The translations under genes and the position numbers were made by a program. This document shows, one piece after another, positions 14,101 through 26,371 of a DNA stretch of 64,000 nucleotides. The notes below the pieces were generated by a model. That model searched no databases and was not told the DNA's origin. It was given only the letters and a program-made list of their open reading frames with translations. Numbering within the stretch: position 1 is the stretch's first letter; every line of letters begins with the position of its first letter. This DNA comes from Albugo candida (Eukaryota): NCBI GenBank assembly GCA_040437565.1, contig JBDOQK010000002.1, forward strand, positions 124,001 through 188,000. Reading direction: 5' to 3'.

Positions 14101-16170
14101 GATGAGCCAAGCTTCGATGAGAATGCATAAGCGACCCCTTCTGGACGTCACGTCCCACCTCTTCCTCTTTCCGAGCTAGTACCGACATGAGTACGTCTGT
14201 AGGGTCCGAATTTGCTCGTCCAGCCTTCGTGCGAAACCACAAGTACATATTTCGACATCTCTACGTCGAGCACAGGAGTCTTTGCATTGACGCTTGCTAT
14301 TACGCGTTGCTCACCTCGGTATACAATTCCGTATCCTTTTGCCTAAAGCATACGTTATTTCACTCCGAGTTTCGGCGTAATAGTCGTCGTTCAATCGCAC
14401 CTTTACAGCTTTTTTTTTATCACTGTACCCACAATGACGACACTACCCTTCCAGGTAATACAAAGAGACTCACCGTTCGCAGTGACACATTCTATCGCGT
14501 GCTCCTCCGGTTCTTCAAGTAATGTTAAGTCTTCACTAAGTGTTTACTAGACTCTCTGTCAAGATCCAGTTCCCTCATCAACAATTGAATTCTTGACTGT
14601 GAGAACGACGTCCGTATCTTGTTTTTCATTGCGTCATCCTTTTTCAGGACACGTGGCCTTTATATATCCAGTTTTCCCGCACTTGTAACACGTTCTCGCG
14701 TCTGTCCGTTCGTTCTTAACCAAATTCACCAATTCTCGTCCAGCTGCCTTCCTCGTGTCTTTAACTCCTTAGATTGAGCGAAATGTGNNNNNNNNNNNNN
14801 NNNNNNNNNNNNNNNNNNNNNNNNNNNNNNNNNNNNNNNNNNNNNNNNNNNNNNNNNNNNNNNNNNNNNNNNNNNNNNNNNNNNNNNCTCTGTCAAGATC
14901 CAGTTCCCTCATCAACAATTGAATTCTTGACTGTGAGAACGACGTCCGTATCTTGTTTTTCATTGCGTCATCCTTTTTCAGGACACGTGGCCTTTATATA
15001 TCCAGTTTTCCCGCACTTGTAACACGTTCTCGCGTCTGTCCGTTCGTTCTTAACCAAATTCACCAATTCTCGTCCAGCTGCCTTCCTCGTGTCTTTAACT
15101 CCTTAGATTGAGCGAAATGTGCTAATTCTTCAGCCTGGCGTACGAATTCTGTGCGCGTAAGGTTCAGACGCGAAAGCATAGACATTATCATGGCTGATTC
15201 TGCGTAGTGCACAATGTTGTCAAGGACTAAGTCGTCCGCCCCACCGCACGCTTCACTCACAGCTACCAGGTAGAGGTAGTGTTCTGTCCAGCTTCTCTTG
15301 ATGTTATTGGTTGCAATAACCATCTTCATGATTTGAGCCGGACTTATCTAGGTTGCAAACGTATGCAGTAGCATCTGCATCGCGTGCTCCAAAGTTGGTT
15401 CCTCCTTCCACCAACCGTCAACCTGTCGATTGTAATATCTATCAGCCATTCCTGCGAAGTGATGTCCGAGAACTTCGACCTTTATGCCCTCACGCCACAG
15501 AAATCCACTCGCACGTTCCGCGAACGAGATCTGCCGCACAAATCGATATACCTACGATGGGAACCCTGTACCCTATCCCTGGTTCAATTCTTTGCCGTCA
15601 AAAGGGCGAATGATCAGCTTCCTTTGATGCGCGTCTGGAACCCGTGCAAACCGGCACCAATCGCCGGCCAGTGGTGTTGTTGCGGTTCCGGGTGGTATGC
15701 TGGCGGTTGCACGTAGTGTTGAGGCAGCTCAGGATGTGGGGCCTGTTCACTCTCGACATTAGCCACGGCTTTTCCATATCCGCGCTGCTACAAAGGCTTT
15801 CTGGGTGGCTTCAAGTCCAACACCTCCCTACTCATGACCCTGCCTTGCTCAACGATCGAGCCGAATACACTCGCCTCTCGACCTTTCTGCGCCTTCTCGT
15901 GCTGTCGCTCTAGCGACGCCTCCATACGATCCATGCTTACCGTGAGGCCTTTTAGAATCTCAAGCAGTTTCCTGGGTATCCTTTTGCTCCGAATCATCCC
16001 CCTGACTCCCTCTCCATTGCCCTGTTGACTGCTGACCCGTTCGTGACCCGTCTTGCCGCTTTCGTCGGCATCAAACAATGTAAACCGTTGTGCTCATAAA
16101 CTTTTGGTTGGACAGGAATGATTTCGAGAAAAAGTTAGTCTATCAAAAGAATAATTAACATTCCGATAGG
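11187..16170 (-). mobile_element. Ty1/copia LTR retrotransposon (element 1), degenerate, nested in a LINE
   Basis: Order gag (CYKCGKTGYIKATC knuckle), PR (LDRES), IN (HRSLAHL..CLPC, CSDLKGPM), RT (KWVLKKNTDADG..YKARLVACG, VGVYVDDLLV), RNase H (MDNQ..AKHVNIR). 3' LTR 11187-11361 next to PPT GAGGAGGAG. Diverged partial 5' LTR 16102-~16170 beside an eroded PBS (16092-16101). Confidence 0.93.
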
Positions 16171-16171
16171 G

Positions 16172-18950
16172 TTATGTTGTTATACAGAAGACGAACCCAG
16201 TCAATGAAAAAACATTCAACGGCCAATTGCCTTCCTCGTAAGCTTTCTCAAAGTCGAGAAAAGTCGCATACGATTCCTCCTTACGATAAGTGACAAAGTC
16301 TTGTCTGTCGGTGAGATGTCGAACGGGGTGATGGATTGACCTTCCTCGCACAAATACGTTTTGATCTTGATGAATAAATTTCGGCGAAAAGCGTTCCAAT
16401 CGATAAGCCAACACTTTTTTGACAGTACTTTCACATCGACGAAAAGCAATGCGATCGGTCGACAGTTGCCAGTATCACCTCGTGATTCTTTTTTGTACAA
16501 CAATGTGATTGCCGAGTGACGTTGGGATCGAAGTAAGATATTTCTTTCTAGCTGATATTCAAACAAGATAATCAGACACTCGCCAAAGGTTTCCGGATGG
16601 AGCTGATAAGATGTAGCTGCAAGTCAATCTATACCAGGAATAGAACTACTCCGCATAAGCTTTATCCCTTCCGTCATCTCTGTCGTACTTAAGCGACTTG
16701 ATAGACAGTCTTGCTCTTCTGACGCAAGGGAAAGTTGAATCGAATCGAGTAGCTTTTTTTTATTTCTGTCACATGGATCAGCTGAGTCGCCCAGGAGCTA
16801 TCAGAGAGCTCATAAAGCCATCCCAAAGCTCCCTATATTCGTCAATGATTTCCCTCGGGCTCGATGTCATGGTGCCACATCTTTGGTGACATTTTCGATT
16901 GACACGCGAAGACAAGAACTATCTGAAAGGCGAAAAACGCTTGGAGGAGCTCTCCATATGCTTCATTTGATGACCGAAGCTTCCATGTTGGTTGTATTTG
17001 GCATTGCTTTCAACAGAAATTCTGAATTGCTCGAGACTCGATTCGATAAAATGACATGCTGAGAGGTGTATTGAGCGTGATACCGAGCTGATGCGGCTTC
17101 CAAGACACGGTGATTAAACTCAAATCACGTCGGGTATCTTGCGCAATCTTTGCTCCCGCTGCTTTAAGCTTCTTCTTCATTTTCGTCTTCCGACTGTCCC
17201 ACATTGTTTTGGGATGTAAAGTTCTCCCAACTATTCGAGCAGCAAATTCGCTTCCAGTTTGATTGCTTCGCCATCTTGAGAATGATCAAATAGTCTTCAT
17301 GAACATTTCAATATCCTCGCCTCGGGGATCGAGTTGGATTTGCAAAAGTTAATTTTTGTGCCAGATGATCTCCCACATTGTGAACGGAAATACATTGAGA
17401 TTTTGTGCACCATATTACATAGCTCTTCCGACATGCAGATGTAACGTAGTCGATTATTGCACTGTAATGGTCCTGTAAATACCTTTTAGTCGGATGTTAT
17501 ATTCACCAGGCTTCTACCACACCCAACGCAAAAGCCATTTCAAACACTCTATTCTACTGAGTTCGTGTCGAATAGTTTCACTTGAAGCATCCTTAGCTGG
17601 ATCGAGTGGTGTATTGATTCACCAAATACAAGATGTGGTGAGGTCGATGCGGAAGTGTTGGAGAGCTCATTGAAAAGCACTCTTTACTCGTCCCTCACCG
17701 ATGCATATACACTGTGGATTTACAAGAGTATATCGTGAATAAGAAGACGCAAAACCAAACAGCGATTTCGAATGCTTCGTTCAGTGAGTTCTTTAGCTGT
17801 TGACTAACCACGAAAGTTCGAAAGGAGGATTGTCTTCACACCGCCACTGCGATTTCGAGTTGAATGTAGAAAAGGTCTTTGACAAACACTTTATGCTACA
17901 TTTTTGAATCTAATAAAAAGTGAAATGATTCCATTGGTTGTGATCGGGATTCTTGATTTCTTAAACTCAACGAATCGAGCGTTCTGATAGGACGTGGTCG
18001 ATAAAAAGATGACCACTATTATGAATGTCATAGCATTCACCGCGAGTCCGAGATATTGTCCCATGTCGGAATATTTGAGGAGCCCTTAGCATTCACGCTG
18101 AAATGGACTTCGCGGACAACTTTGTTTCGCCGTTTTGATTGAAGAGGTGAAGCGTTACATTTTCTTCTGGGAAAGAGCTAAGATTAAAAGAAAGCTCGGC
18201 GATATGACCATAGAGAAGTCCTCGCGATTTACCTTCAAACCATTGCTACCAACGCTTTATGCCCACGTCGGAGCGTAATAGCGATATGAGCACATTAAAT
18301 GGAAGTAGACGACAATGATGACCCGGAATCCAAATCACTGGACTTTCGGTGAGATAGTGGATCCAGTGATCTATTTTTTAGAATGTCGGGGCAGTACACA
18401 GAAATTATAGTTCCACCAAAGCAAGAGATTTGTTTGCGAGTCAAATTATGAACTATTCCGGCACTGACTTCCACCACGAAATTTCTTTCTCAAGCAATAC
18501 CTCTCGCTTCGAAGAAACTTTTCCACCACATGGCGACTCTAACGCGTTGCAAACGTAACATCTTCGCCGAGATTGTGCACTGCAAAACGCGATTGATCAG
18601 AAGCAGATATGCTAATTTGTCCAATGCACGATCGCTCGAATCCATGAATGAAATAATCACCCCATTCATGGTGATCGGATGATCTAGTGCTGCCCGGGTG
18701 ATTTTGTCCGGGTTGGTACAAAACTGTACTAGCCTGCGCACATGAAGGATGCGAGCATCGGCTTCTATCAGCTTGTCGGGTCGGAGGGCGTTTTTGGAAT
18801 CGGTCTTCATGAAGTCCCAATTCCGGCGATTCTGGTTGGTCGCTCCGCTACTTTCACCGTGGTATGGTGCTTTTGATAAAAGTGTGTCGCCTCTTTCGGA
18901 GTGTCCCCTTCTTCTGGCATCCGGGCTTTCACAGGAATAACGAACTCCAA
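16172..18950 (-). mobile_element. Tx1/L1-like LINE, 5' part (ORF1, APE, N-terminal RT), degenerate
   Basis: SVNAKGL APE start near 18100. RT N-terminal motifs SAITLLYKKESRGDTGNCRPIALL, QDQNVFVRGRSI, FLDFEKAY and FIDWVRLLYNN. ORF1-like fragments at 18300-18900. Confidence 0.85.
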
Positions 18951-21386
18951 TTTAAGCAGCTATTGTCTCTAATTGCACGGAAGCAATAAACCCGACTGTG
19001 AGCTAAGTGATCGGTTACACATTGCGGCTGCACTCATCGAAAGAGGACGACTTGGACGTTCTTCTATATTTTTTGCATCAAACCTTGTCATATTTTTGCT
19101 CTATGCAGGCACTGCACTCTCATTGCATATCCCTTGAACATTCTCCCTGTCAAGAGAAGGATTTCATGCAAGTATTCCGACGACCTCAAGCTAAAAATAC
19201 CTTTAACGGTCAGCGAGATCGCACGGTCTCCTGTTCCATAGAGCAAGAGCCAAAGAGACAATCTCACATTCTTCAATCTTTCCGGCTGGGACGAAACGTT
19301 TCGCTTCTTACTATGGAACTACGCGATTATTCTACTACCGCTCTACGAGATCGAAAATTGTTTAAGCGCATCGGATCCGCTGGTAAAAATGAACATATAT
19401 GTCTTCAACAAAACCTTTGGGGATCTGTTGTCTGAACATTTCTACTATGATCAAACGTAATGTATCGCTATGGAAAGAGGACAGATTTTTGTCGATCGAC
19501 GACGTGAGACTCTATCGGCCTCTATGTCTGCTCACTACGTGGTAGCGATGTATGGGCTAGAGATGGAACTGCGCATCAAACAAACCATACGAGAAAAATG
19601 CTGAACGGATTTTTTCGGATCAAGTAAAGTCTATGGGATTACTCAATTTGAGGAATCGATCAGACCATGCATTGGACGGATACGGTCGAAGCGGTCAACG
19701 CTCAAACGTCCGTCTGGCTAGGTGTCATAGTGTTTTTTTATAAAAGGTGCAGTACGTCTTTATCGTACAGTGATAAACACTTTGAACAATCTGGTCGTGA
19801 GCGAAATCAAGATGATTGGTAATGCACAAGAAAAGCTGGCTTGAGCTGTCGAGGATTATGACCATGGCTTTTTCATCAGCTTTCTATTCGTACTTCACCA
19901 ACGAACTGAATGAAAAAGCATCGAAGAATAACATTTAAGTATACAGATGATGGAGGAAGGGTTGACGTAAAACAACCGCAGGACGAGGAACGAAGCTCGA
20001 TGTTAATCCGAATTACGTACAGAGCACTAAAAATCCTAGAAACGTTCCAAATGGTAATAAGGAAGAACACACAGAAAGCGGTAATTTCCAAAGCTTACTC
20101 ACTCAAATGATAGAGAGGTAAAGGAGTCTGTCAAATGACTCTTCCTGATGCTTTCATCTCTTTCAGAAATCTAGCGACCGCTCATATTTTTCAACAAGCA
20201 TTGAAATCTCGACATTCGACAAGTATTCATCATAGCCTTCTCAACACGTGGATGAAGTCAAGTGGGAATTTCTATAGCCGGCTACTAAAAGACGCAATGT
20301 GGACTATGGTATCAGCATTTTCACGGCGTTTTCGTGCTGCTTTGGACAGTTTCCAGTCGCCTTTGTAGCTTCACTGAAAACCACAGAAGCATTACATACG
20401 CAGCTACGTTCTTGAATAAACGGGTAAATAAAATGCCCTTTTTCTTTGATGTTTGAATCAGATTGCACCTATCATTCGAAGCAACAAGAGCAGTGGCTAT
20501 AGCCATTCTTCACTTTTTTCCGAAAAATGAAGGCTACATTTTAGAAATGTAAGTACGAGCATCTTTCTTTACAAAGTTACCTTTTTCTTCGGTTGATACC
20601 GATCTATTTTGCCATATTTGTAACTGGAACGATATTGAATAGGTCAAAAATTGACTGACCATTCCAGACCTGTTACATATCGTATGTGATCATTCTGACT
20701 GGATAGCGTTGACGATATTAATAATAATAAAGAAGGTAATAAACCTGATTGTCGAGCTAGCCCGCTGATACTAGCTGATATCTTTTCTTTATGCTCACCA
20801 AAATTAACGACGAGAGATAGGGAGGGGAAATGGCTACCTGGATGTCAGCGCAGCACAAGGCTGAAGTCTCAAGAATCCTGAAGATTGATTTCTGTTAATG
20901 CTTGAGTCTATAACCTTCCCAACGATTGGATCGGTCGTTTGATTNNNNNNNNNNNNNNNNNNNNNNNNNNNNNNNNNNNNNNNNNNNNNNNNNNNNNNNN
21001 NNNNNNNNNNNNNNNNNNNNNNNNNNNNNNNNNNNNNNNNNNNNTGACGATATTAATAATAATAAAGAAGGTAATAAACCTGATTGTCGAGCTAGCCCGC
21101 TGATACTAGCTGATATCTTTTCTTTATGCTCACCAAAATTAACGACGAGAGATAGGGAGGGGAAATGGCTACCTGGATGTCAGCGCAGCACAAGGCTGAA
21201 GTCTCAAGAATCCTGAAGATTGATTTCTGTTAATGCTTGAGTCTATAACCTTCCCAACGATTGGATCGGTCGTTTGATTATCCAATCGTTTTTTCTTCTT
21301 TATTGCTGATGCAATATATCGTCGTCAGGTGCAGCTCATATATGAAACTATGAGTTGCACTGTAGGGGCACATTGGGGGTAGCTTC

Positions 21387-21639
21387 TGTTAGCGAATGCG
21401 TAGTGTTGGGGGTGGTAAAATGACTACTAAAATATATTTAGGTCCTTAGTTCGCAAACTCTCTTGCTGCTCTACTCCTACTGGATTCTTCGACTATACCT
21501 TGATAGTTTTCATACGGTACATTACTAATCGTACAGCCGCGCATTAGGAATCGCCTGGCCGCGCGTCAGTAATCCTGTGCCGTTAACAAGATGCGTCGTG
21601 CGATAGCGTAACCGGACAACAAAACACCCTTTTTTAACA
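21387..21639 (-). repeat. 3' LTR of copia element 2
   Basis: Direct repeat of 25641-25693 plus 26381-26581; TG..CA ends. Confidence 0.92.
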
Positions 21640-24600
21640 CTCCTCCTCGCGATCGCATCATCGGCACCTTATCTAGTGTAAACCCACTAGCGGTCGCAAC
21701 TTGGCGATCTTGTGCTTGTCTACTGCCTTAGTCAATAGGTCCGCAAGCATGATATCAGACAGAACGTAGCACGTCTCCTGTATGCCACGACGGGCAAAGT
21801 CCTTCAAAAATTTGAGGCGCACATCGATATGTTTTGCTCTCATGGACGAATCCTCACCCTCAATCTGGTGGATAGCCGCTTGATTATCCACTTGCATCTT
21901 CACGAGCAGAGACGGTGCAAGTCCCATTTTCATCAGCATTTCCTTTATCCCAAGGATCTCGCGGCCGTTTCGGACGCTGCCACAAATCGGCCTCCATCTT
22001 CGAAATGGAAACTCCTCCTTGCTTTTCGCCGGCCAGCTCACGGGCATTCCATTGAATAACACCATCGTTCCAGTCAGGGACTCCCTGTCATCCTTGTCCG
22101 CGGCTAAATCTGCATCGCTATATGATTATAGCGTAACAGCATGTTCACCATCAGTACCGGCACGCATCTCGAGTCTTATATTCTTGCTTCCCGGAAATTT
22201 CCTTGCAATGCTCTTGGCCAATTTCCAGTCTTTCTTCCACGGATGATGCGTTTGACGCGTTACCTTTTGCATCGCAAACCTGATATCTGGGCGATTGCGC
22301 CGCTCGACCCACAACAAACTTCCAACGAGAGGCTGAAGCGACCGTATTGATGGTTCTCCAGGCTCTGGATCCTTCAAAAGTAGGATACTTTCCGGTCTGG
22401 CTACGTCATAGCGCTGCTACCCGATCGGTGTACGCGTTGGATTCGCCGACGCCAAACCGTGTTACCGGAGCAACTCTTGTATGGCCTCTTACTGATCCAG
22501 AGCATAGGAGCTGCGCATCGAGCGCCTTAGCTCAAATTCCTAGAAATCTGGACACCTCTCCCAGGCTCTTAATTGAAAGCGATTTCATCGCGGCAAGAAA
22601 CCAATCGACCGATGCAGCCTTTGTCTCCGTGACTAGGAAATCGTCGACGTACACGCCAACTACAGTAGCATCATAACCGTCGAGTTTGTAGTACAGGCAA
22701 AAATCACTGTTGCACTGTCCAAATCTTGATTCCTTGATTCTCGAATGCAACAGCTGGCTTCATGGTCGTCCCGCCTGTTTCAAACCATACAGGCGTTTCT
22801 TGAACTCGAGTGCGACTTCACTTGCACTGGACACTTCAAGTTCCTAAATTTTTTCGTCCTTGATCTTTATGCCTCTTAGTACGTGCAGCAGTATCTCCAA
22901 ATGATCCTCCTTGTTAACCTCTACATAGTCATTTGGAATGTCGTCATGTTTTGCAGGTACACCCCATGTCACCGCAAGTCGTAGGATCACATTCATTGTT
23001 GACATGTCCATAACGGCTGCCAAGGTCAATGAGTAGTCAACACCAAAGACTTGTTCATTTCGTCATTCAACAAGTCGTGCCTTGAGCCGGTCCACTGCGC
23101 CGTTTTCGTCTATCTTGGTCTTGTACACCCAGTTACTGTGCAGCATTTTTGAAGAGGCTGGTCGCTTGATCAGGTTCCAAACTTTGTAGGACTCAAGCTC
23201 CTAAATTTCTTCGAGCATTGCCTTGCTCCAACCTTCAGCCTTTGGGCTGAGCGTCGCCTCAACGTGCGTCTTCGGGTCAGTCTCGTATGCTTGTAGCACG
23301 GTGGCTACATCAATCTTCGCAGACATTTCTTCTTATTTTCGACTGCTTAGTTGACCCAAGTGTGGAATAGGGGTCACTCGTTCACTTCTTGAGCTTGCCC
23401 TTGCCATTTTTCTTGTTTTTACCATCACCAATGTCTTCTTGAGTGATTTACGAATCTGCTTGAAGGTTCCATCTTGGTCTCCTCGCTGCAACCTAATTCT
23501 AAGTTGCTCGTTCTGCAAGTCCGAAAGCGTGTGAATATTCTTGACGTGTTGCGTCACAACGACGACGTTGTTCTTGCAATTATATACTCGATAGCCCTTG
23601 GTCTCGTCACTGCGCCCAACGATCATGCCAACCTGGGCTCGATCATCGAGTGAACTCTTCTTCGGGTCGCGGTATACAGTACACATGGAGCCAAATTCAA
23701 CGACACCGCGTAGGTCTTGAACTTGCTGTGTCAGCACCTCGATTCGGGATGCACAATTGTGGCTCGATTTTGTAGGAATGCGATTCAATATGTACGATGA
23801 GTACGCAACCGCGTCACCTCAGAAAGGCAGCGAGAGGTCGCTTCCGAATATCATCGAGCGCGCCATATTTAGCACCGTCCGGTGCATGCGCTCTGCTTTG
23901 CCAGTTGACGCTTGATTCGCGCCTCGCTGACCTGTCTCGATACGCCAGCTGTTTTGCATAGTAAGTCTACGTTCTGACACTCACGCTGCCATCGGTTCGA
24001 AGCACATGTCCCGGCAACTAAAACGTTTCTCGAAGAACGTCAAGAACTACTTGAACTTCCGTACCGCTTGGTCCTTGATACGCGCGAGTAATTACTCTTG
24101 TGGTCAAAATAATGAATGAGGTACCTATTTCCCATTCGATCCTTTGGTGTCATAGGTTCTTTCAGGTCCAAGCAAACCACACCACCGAGCGATCAATCGG
24201 TGAATTAACGCGGTGTCTTTTCTGGGATGTACATTTTTGGTCTGTTTTGATTGCGCACACGTAGCAATGTCTTTCGTTGATGATCAGTAATTCTTCTCTT
24301 GGATCCAGATTCGCGCGCCATTAGTTCAATTTTCTCATAGGAGAGGTGACCTAGGCATTGATGAAAGTGAATTAGGGTCCCCGCATGCACACCTACATCA
24401 CCTTCCCGCTCCTTCGCTTCGTCCGTTGTAGTCCTAACCTGGCCGGCCTCTTTTGGACCTGTTATCACGTCTTGGATCTCCAGACGTTGTTATGCATCGC
24501 CAGGTCGAATATAACGTCCCTGGTAGTGAGCGATAAAACCGATCGCCGAGCATCCTTGTACTCGAGCGCGTAGCCCTTTAGCTCAAGTATGCCATGGGAA

Positions 24601-25628
24601 ACGATATTTCGAGTCAGCATCGGTGCAGTAGACTTCAGTAAGTCGAATTTTAGTTGGTCTTCCACGTGCCATCACGCGGAGAACCACACTTCCGACCATT
24701 GTTAGATGAAACGGTTTTCCATCGCCGACCAAGCATTGGTCTCCGCACTTGCGATCATCTTCGAGCAGTGCACTATTGTTCAGCAGGTGCCTTCTGGAAC
24801 CGCTATCCAGGATCCATGAATCGTTTTGAGTCGTGGCATCTTGTCCAGACGGCGTGTAGTTGACAACATCCTTGGTTTTAGTGTTGTTACGCCAAGCTCC
24901 CTTGACATCGTTGGCTCTCTTCGACTTTTTCCCTTCAGGATTCACCGACTGGATGTTCGCGACCTCACCACACCCGAAACACGTGCGCGTGTTAACGCGT
25001 GGTTTATATGTTCAGAAACATGGTTTACTACATCCTTACCAACGCGGCAGGGCTTCGAGTGTGCAACTCCACAGACTGCGTGAAATGCGCGAGCTATTCG
25101 GCTTGTACAAGGTAATCAACCCGGTTTCCGTCGTAGTTGGACATAAGTAACGCGTGGAGCTCAGTCGATGCATAGTGCACAATATTGTCCAGCACCAGCG
25201 CGTCAGCGCCACCACATGCATCGCGTACCGCCACCAAGTAGAGGTAATGCTAGGGCCAGCTCCTCTTGGAGTTCTTCCTTGCCGTGAACAATTTCATCGA
25301 CTGTGAAGCAGTAATCTTGAACTTCAGGTGTAAGCGTTCTACGACGTGCGCGGGAGTCGAAATTAGTCCCCACCAAGTCTCGACCTGCTTTTTGTAGTAC
25401 CGCGCGGCGATACCACTCAGATAGTGCCCAAGCAGGTCCTTCTTGACGTCTTCGGACCAGTCGAAGCCACAGGCGGATTGTGCGTACTAAATCTACCTCA
25501 TGAATATCCTTCCCCGATATAGGAAACTGGAGCCCAAATCTCGATACAGCTCTGAGCCATCAAACCTTCCAATCGTCAGTATTCGTTGACGCTCATCCGG
25601 TACCCGCATTGTATGTTGAGCGTCCGGT

Positions 25629-25640
25629 GGGCTCATAACC
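25629..25640 (-). promoter_or_regulatory. Primer-binding site GGTTATGAGCCC complementary to the anticodon arm of initiator tRNA-Met (half-tRNA priming)
   Basis: Immediately follows the 5' LTR; same PBS type as Drosophila copia and yeast Ty5. Confidence 0.8.
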
Positions 25641-25693
25641 TGTTAGCAAATGTGTAGTGTTGGCGGTTGTAAAATGACTACTAAAATATATTT

Positions 25694-26371
25694 GGGAGCC
25701 GCTATGGCCACAGACAGTTATACTACGGCCACAGACAAAAGTACTACAATTGATCTAACCAATCACAGCTCACGAAATTATATTGTTGCCAAGTACGCCA
25801 GAACTGGCGACGCAGCAAATGAAATTTATACCTTTCGCGCAGCCGACCCCACGTGGTGACATTTTTCAACATATCAACTGGAAGATCTCATATTACACCT
25901 TCGAAGAGTATTTGAACAGGTTAGTTTATAATATTCCTTTGTTTTTTCCAATCACTAAAGTTTCGCAATGAAAGCTAGAATAAGCTCGATTTCCAATGGC
26001 AACCGGCGCGAAGCCATGCTCCTCTACTTATATTACTAACTACATCTAATTCTAAAAATAGAATTATATCAACAAATAATAAGTAGTTTTATAAAAAACG
26101 ACTTTTTATTTTTCTTAACAGCAACAGTCACCTTTCCAACATCCTAATCTTTAGAGCGTCCACTATTAACCTACCATATACATACATCAGAAAAAAACCG
26201 TACTTACGCTAAAACAATATAACAAAAATAGCGTAAGAAACAGAATGAGCTCGTGTACAAAAGTAGACAAGTGACCTGATTGGCTAGCGTACTTAGCATA
26301 AATTGAGCTGTGATTGGTTAGATCAATTGTCTGTGGCCGTAGTATTAATGTCTGTGGCCATAGCGGCTCCC
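25694..26371. mobile_element. Non-autonomous TIR DNA transposon (Mutator-like MITE), 678 bp, inside the copia 5' LTR
   Basis: Long TIRs starting GGGAGCCGCTATGGCCACAGACA and extending ~85-100 bp with an internal GGCCACAGACA subrepeat. 9-bp TSD AATATATTT/AAAATATTT (one mismatch). The sister LTR shows the empty site. AT-rich non-coding core. Confidence 0.9.

Noticed and set aside
14554-15121. Exact 234-bp direct repeat (14554-14787 / 14888-15121)
   Set aside because: The copies directly flank a 100-N gap; unmerged overlapping contig ends.
20710-21279. Exact 235-bp direct repeat (20710-20944 / 21045-21279)
   Set aside because: Flanks an N gap; assembly artefact.
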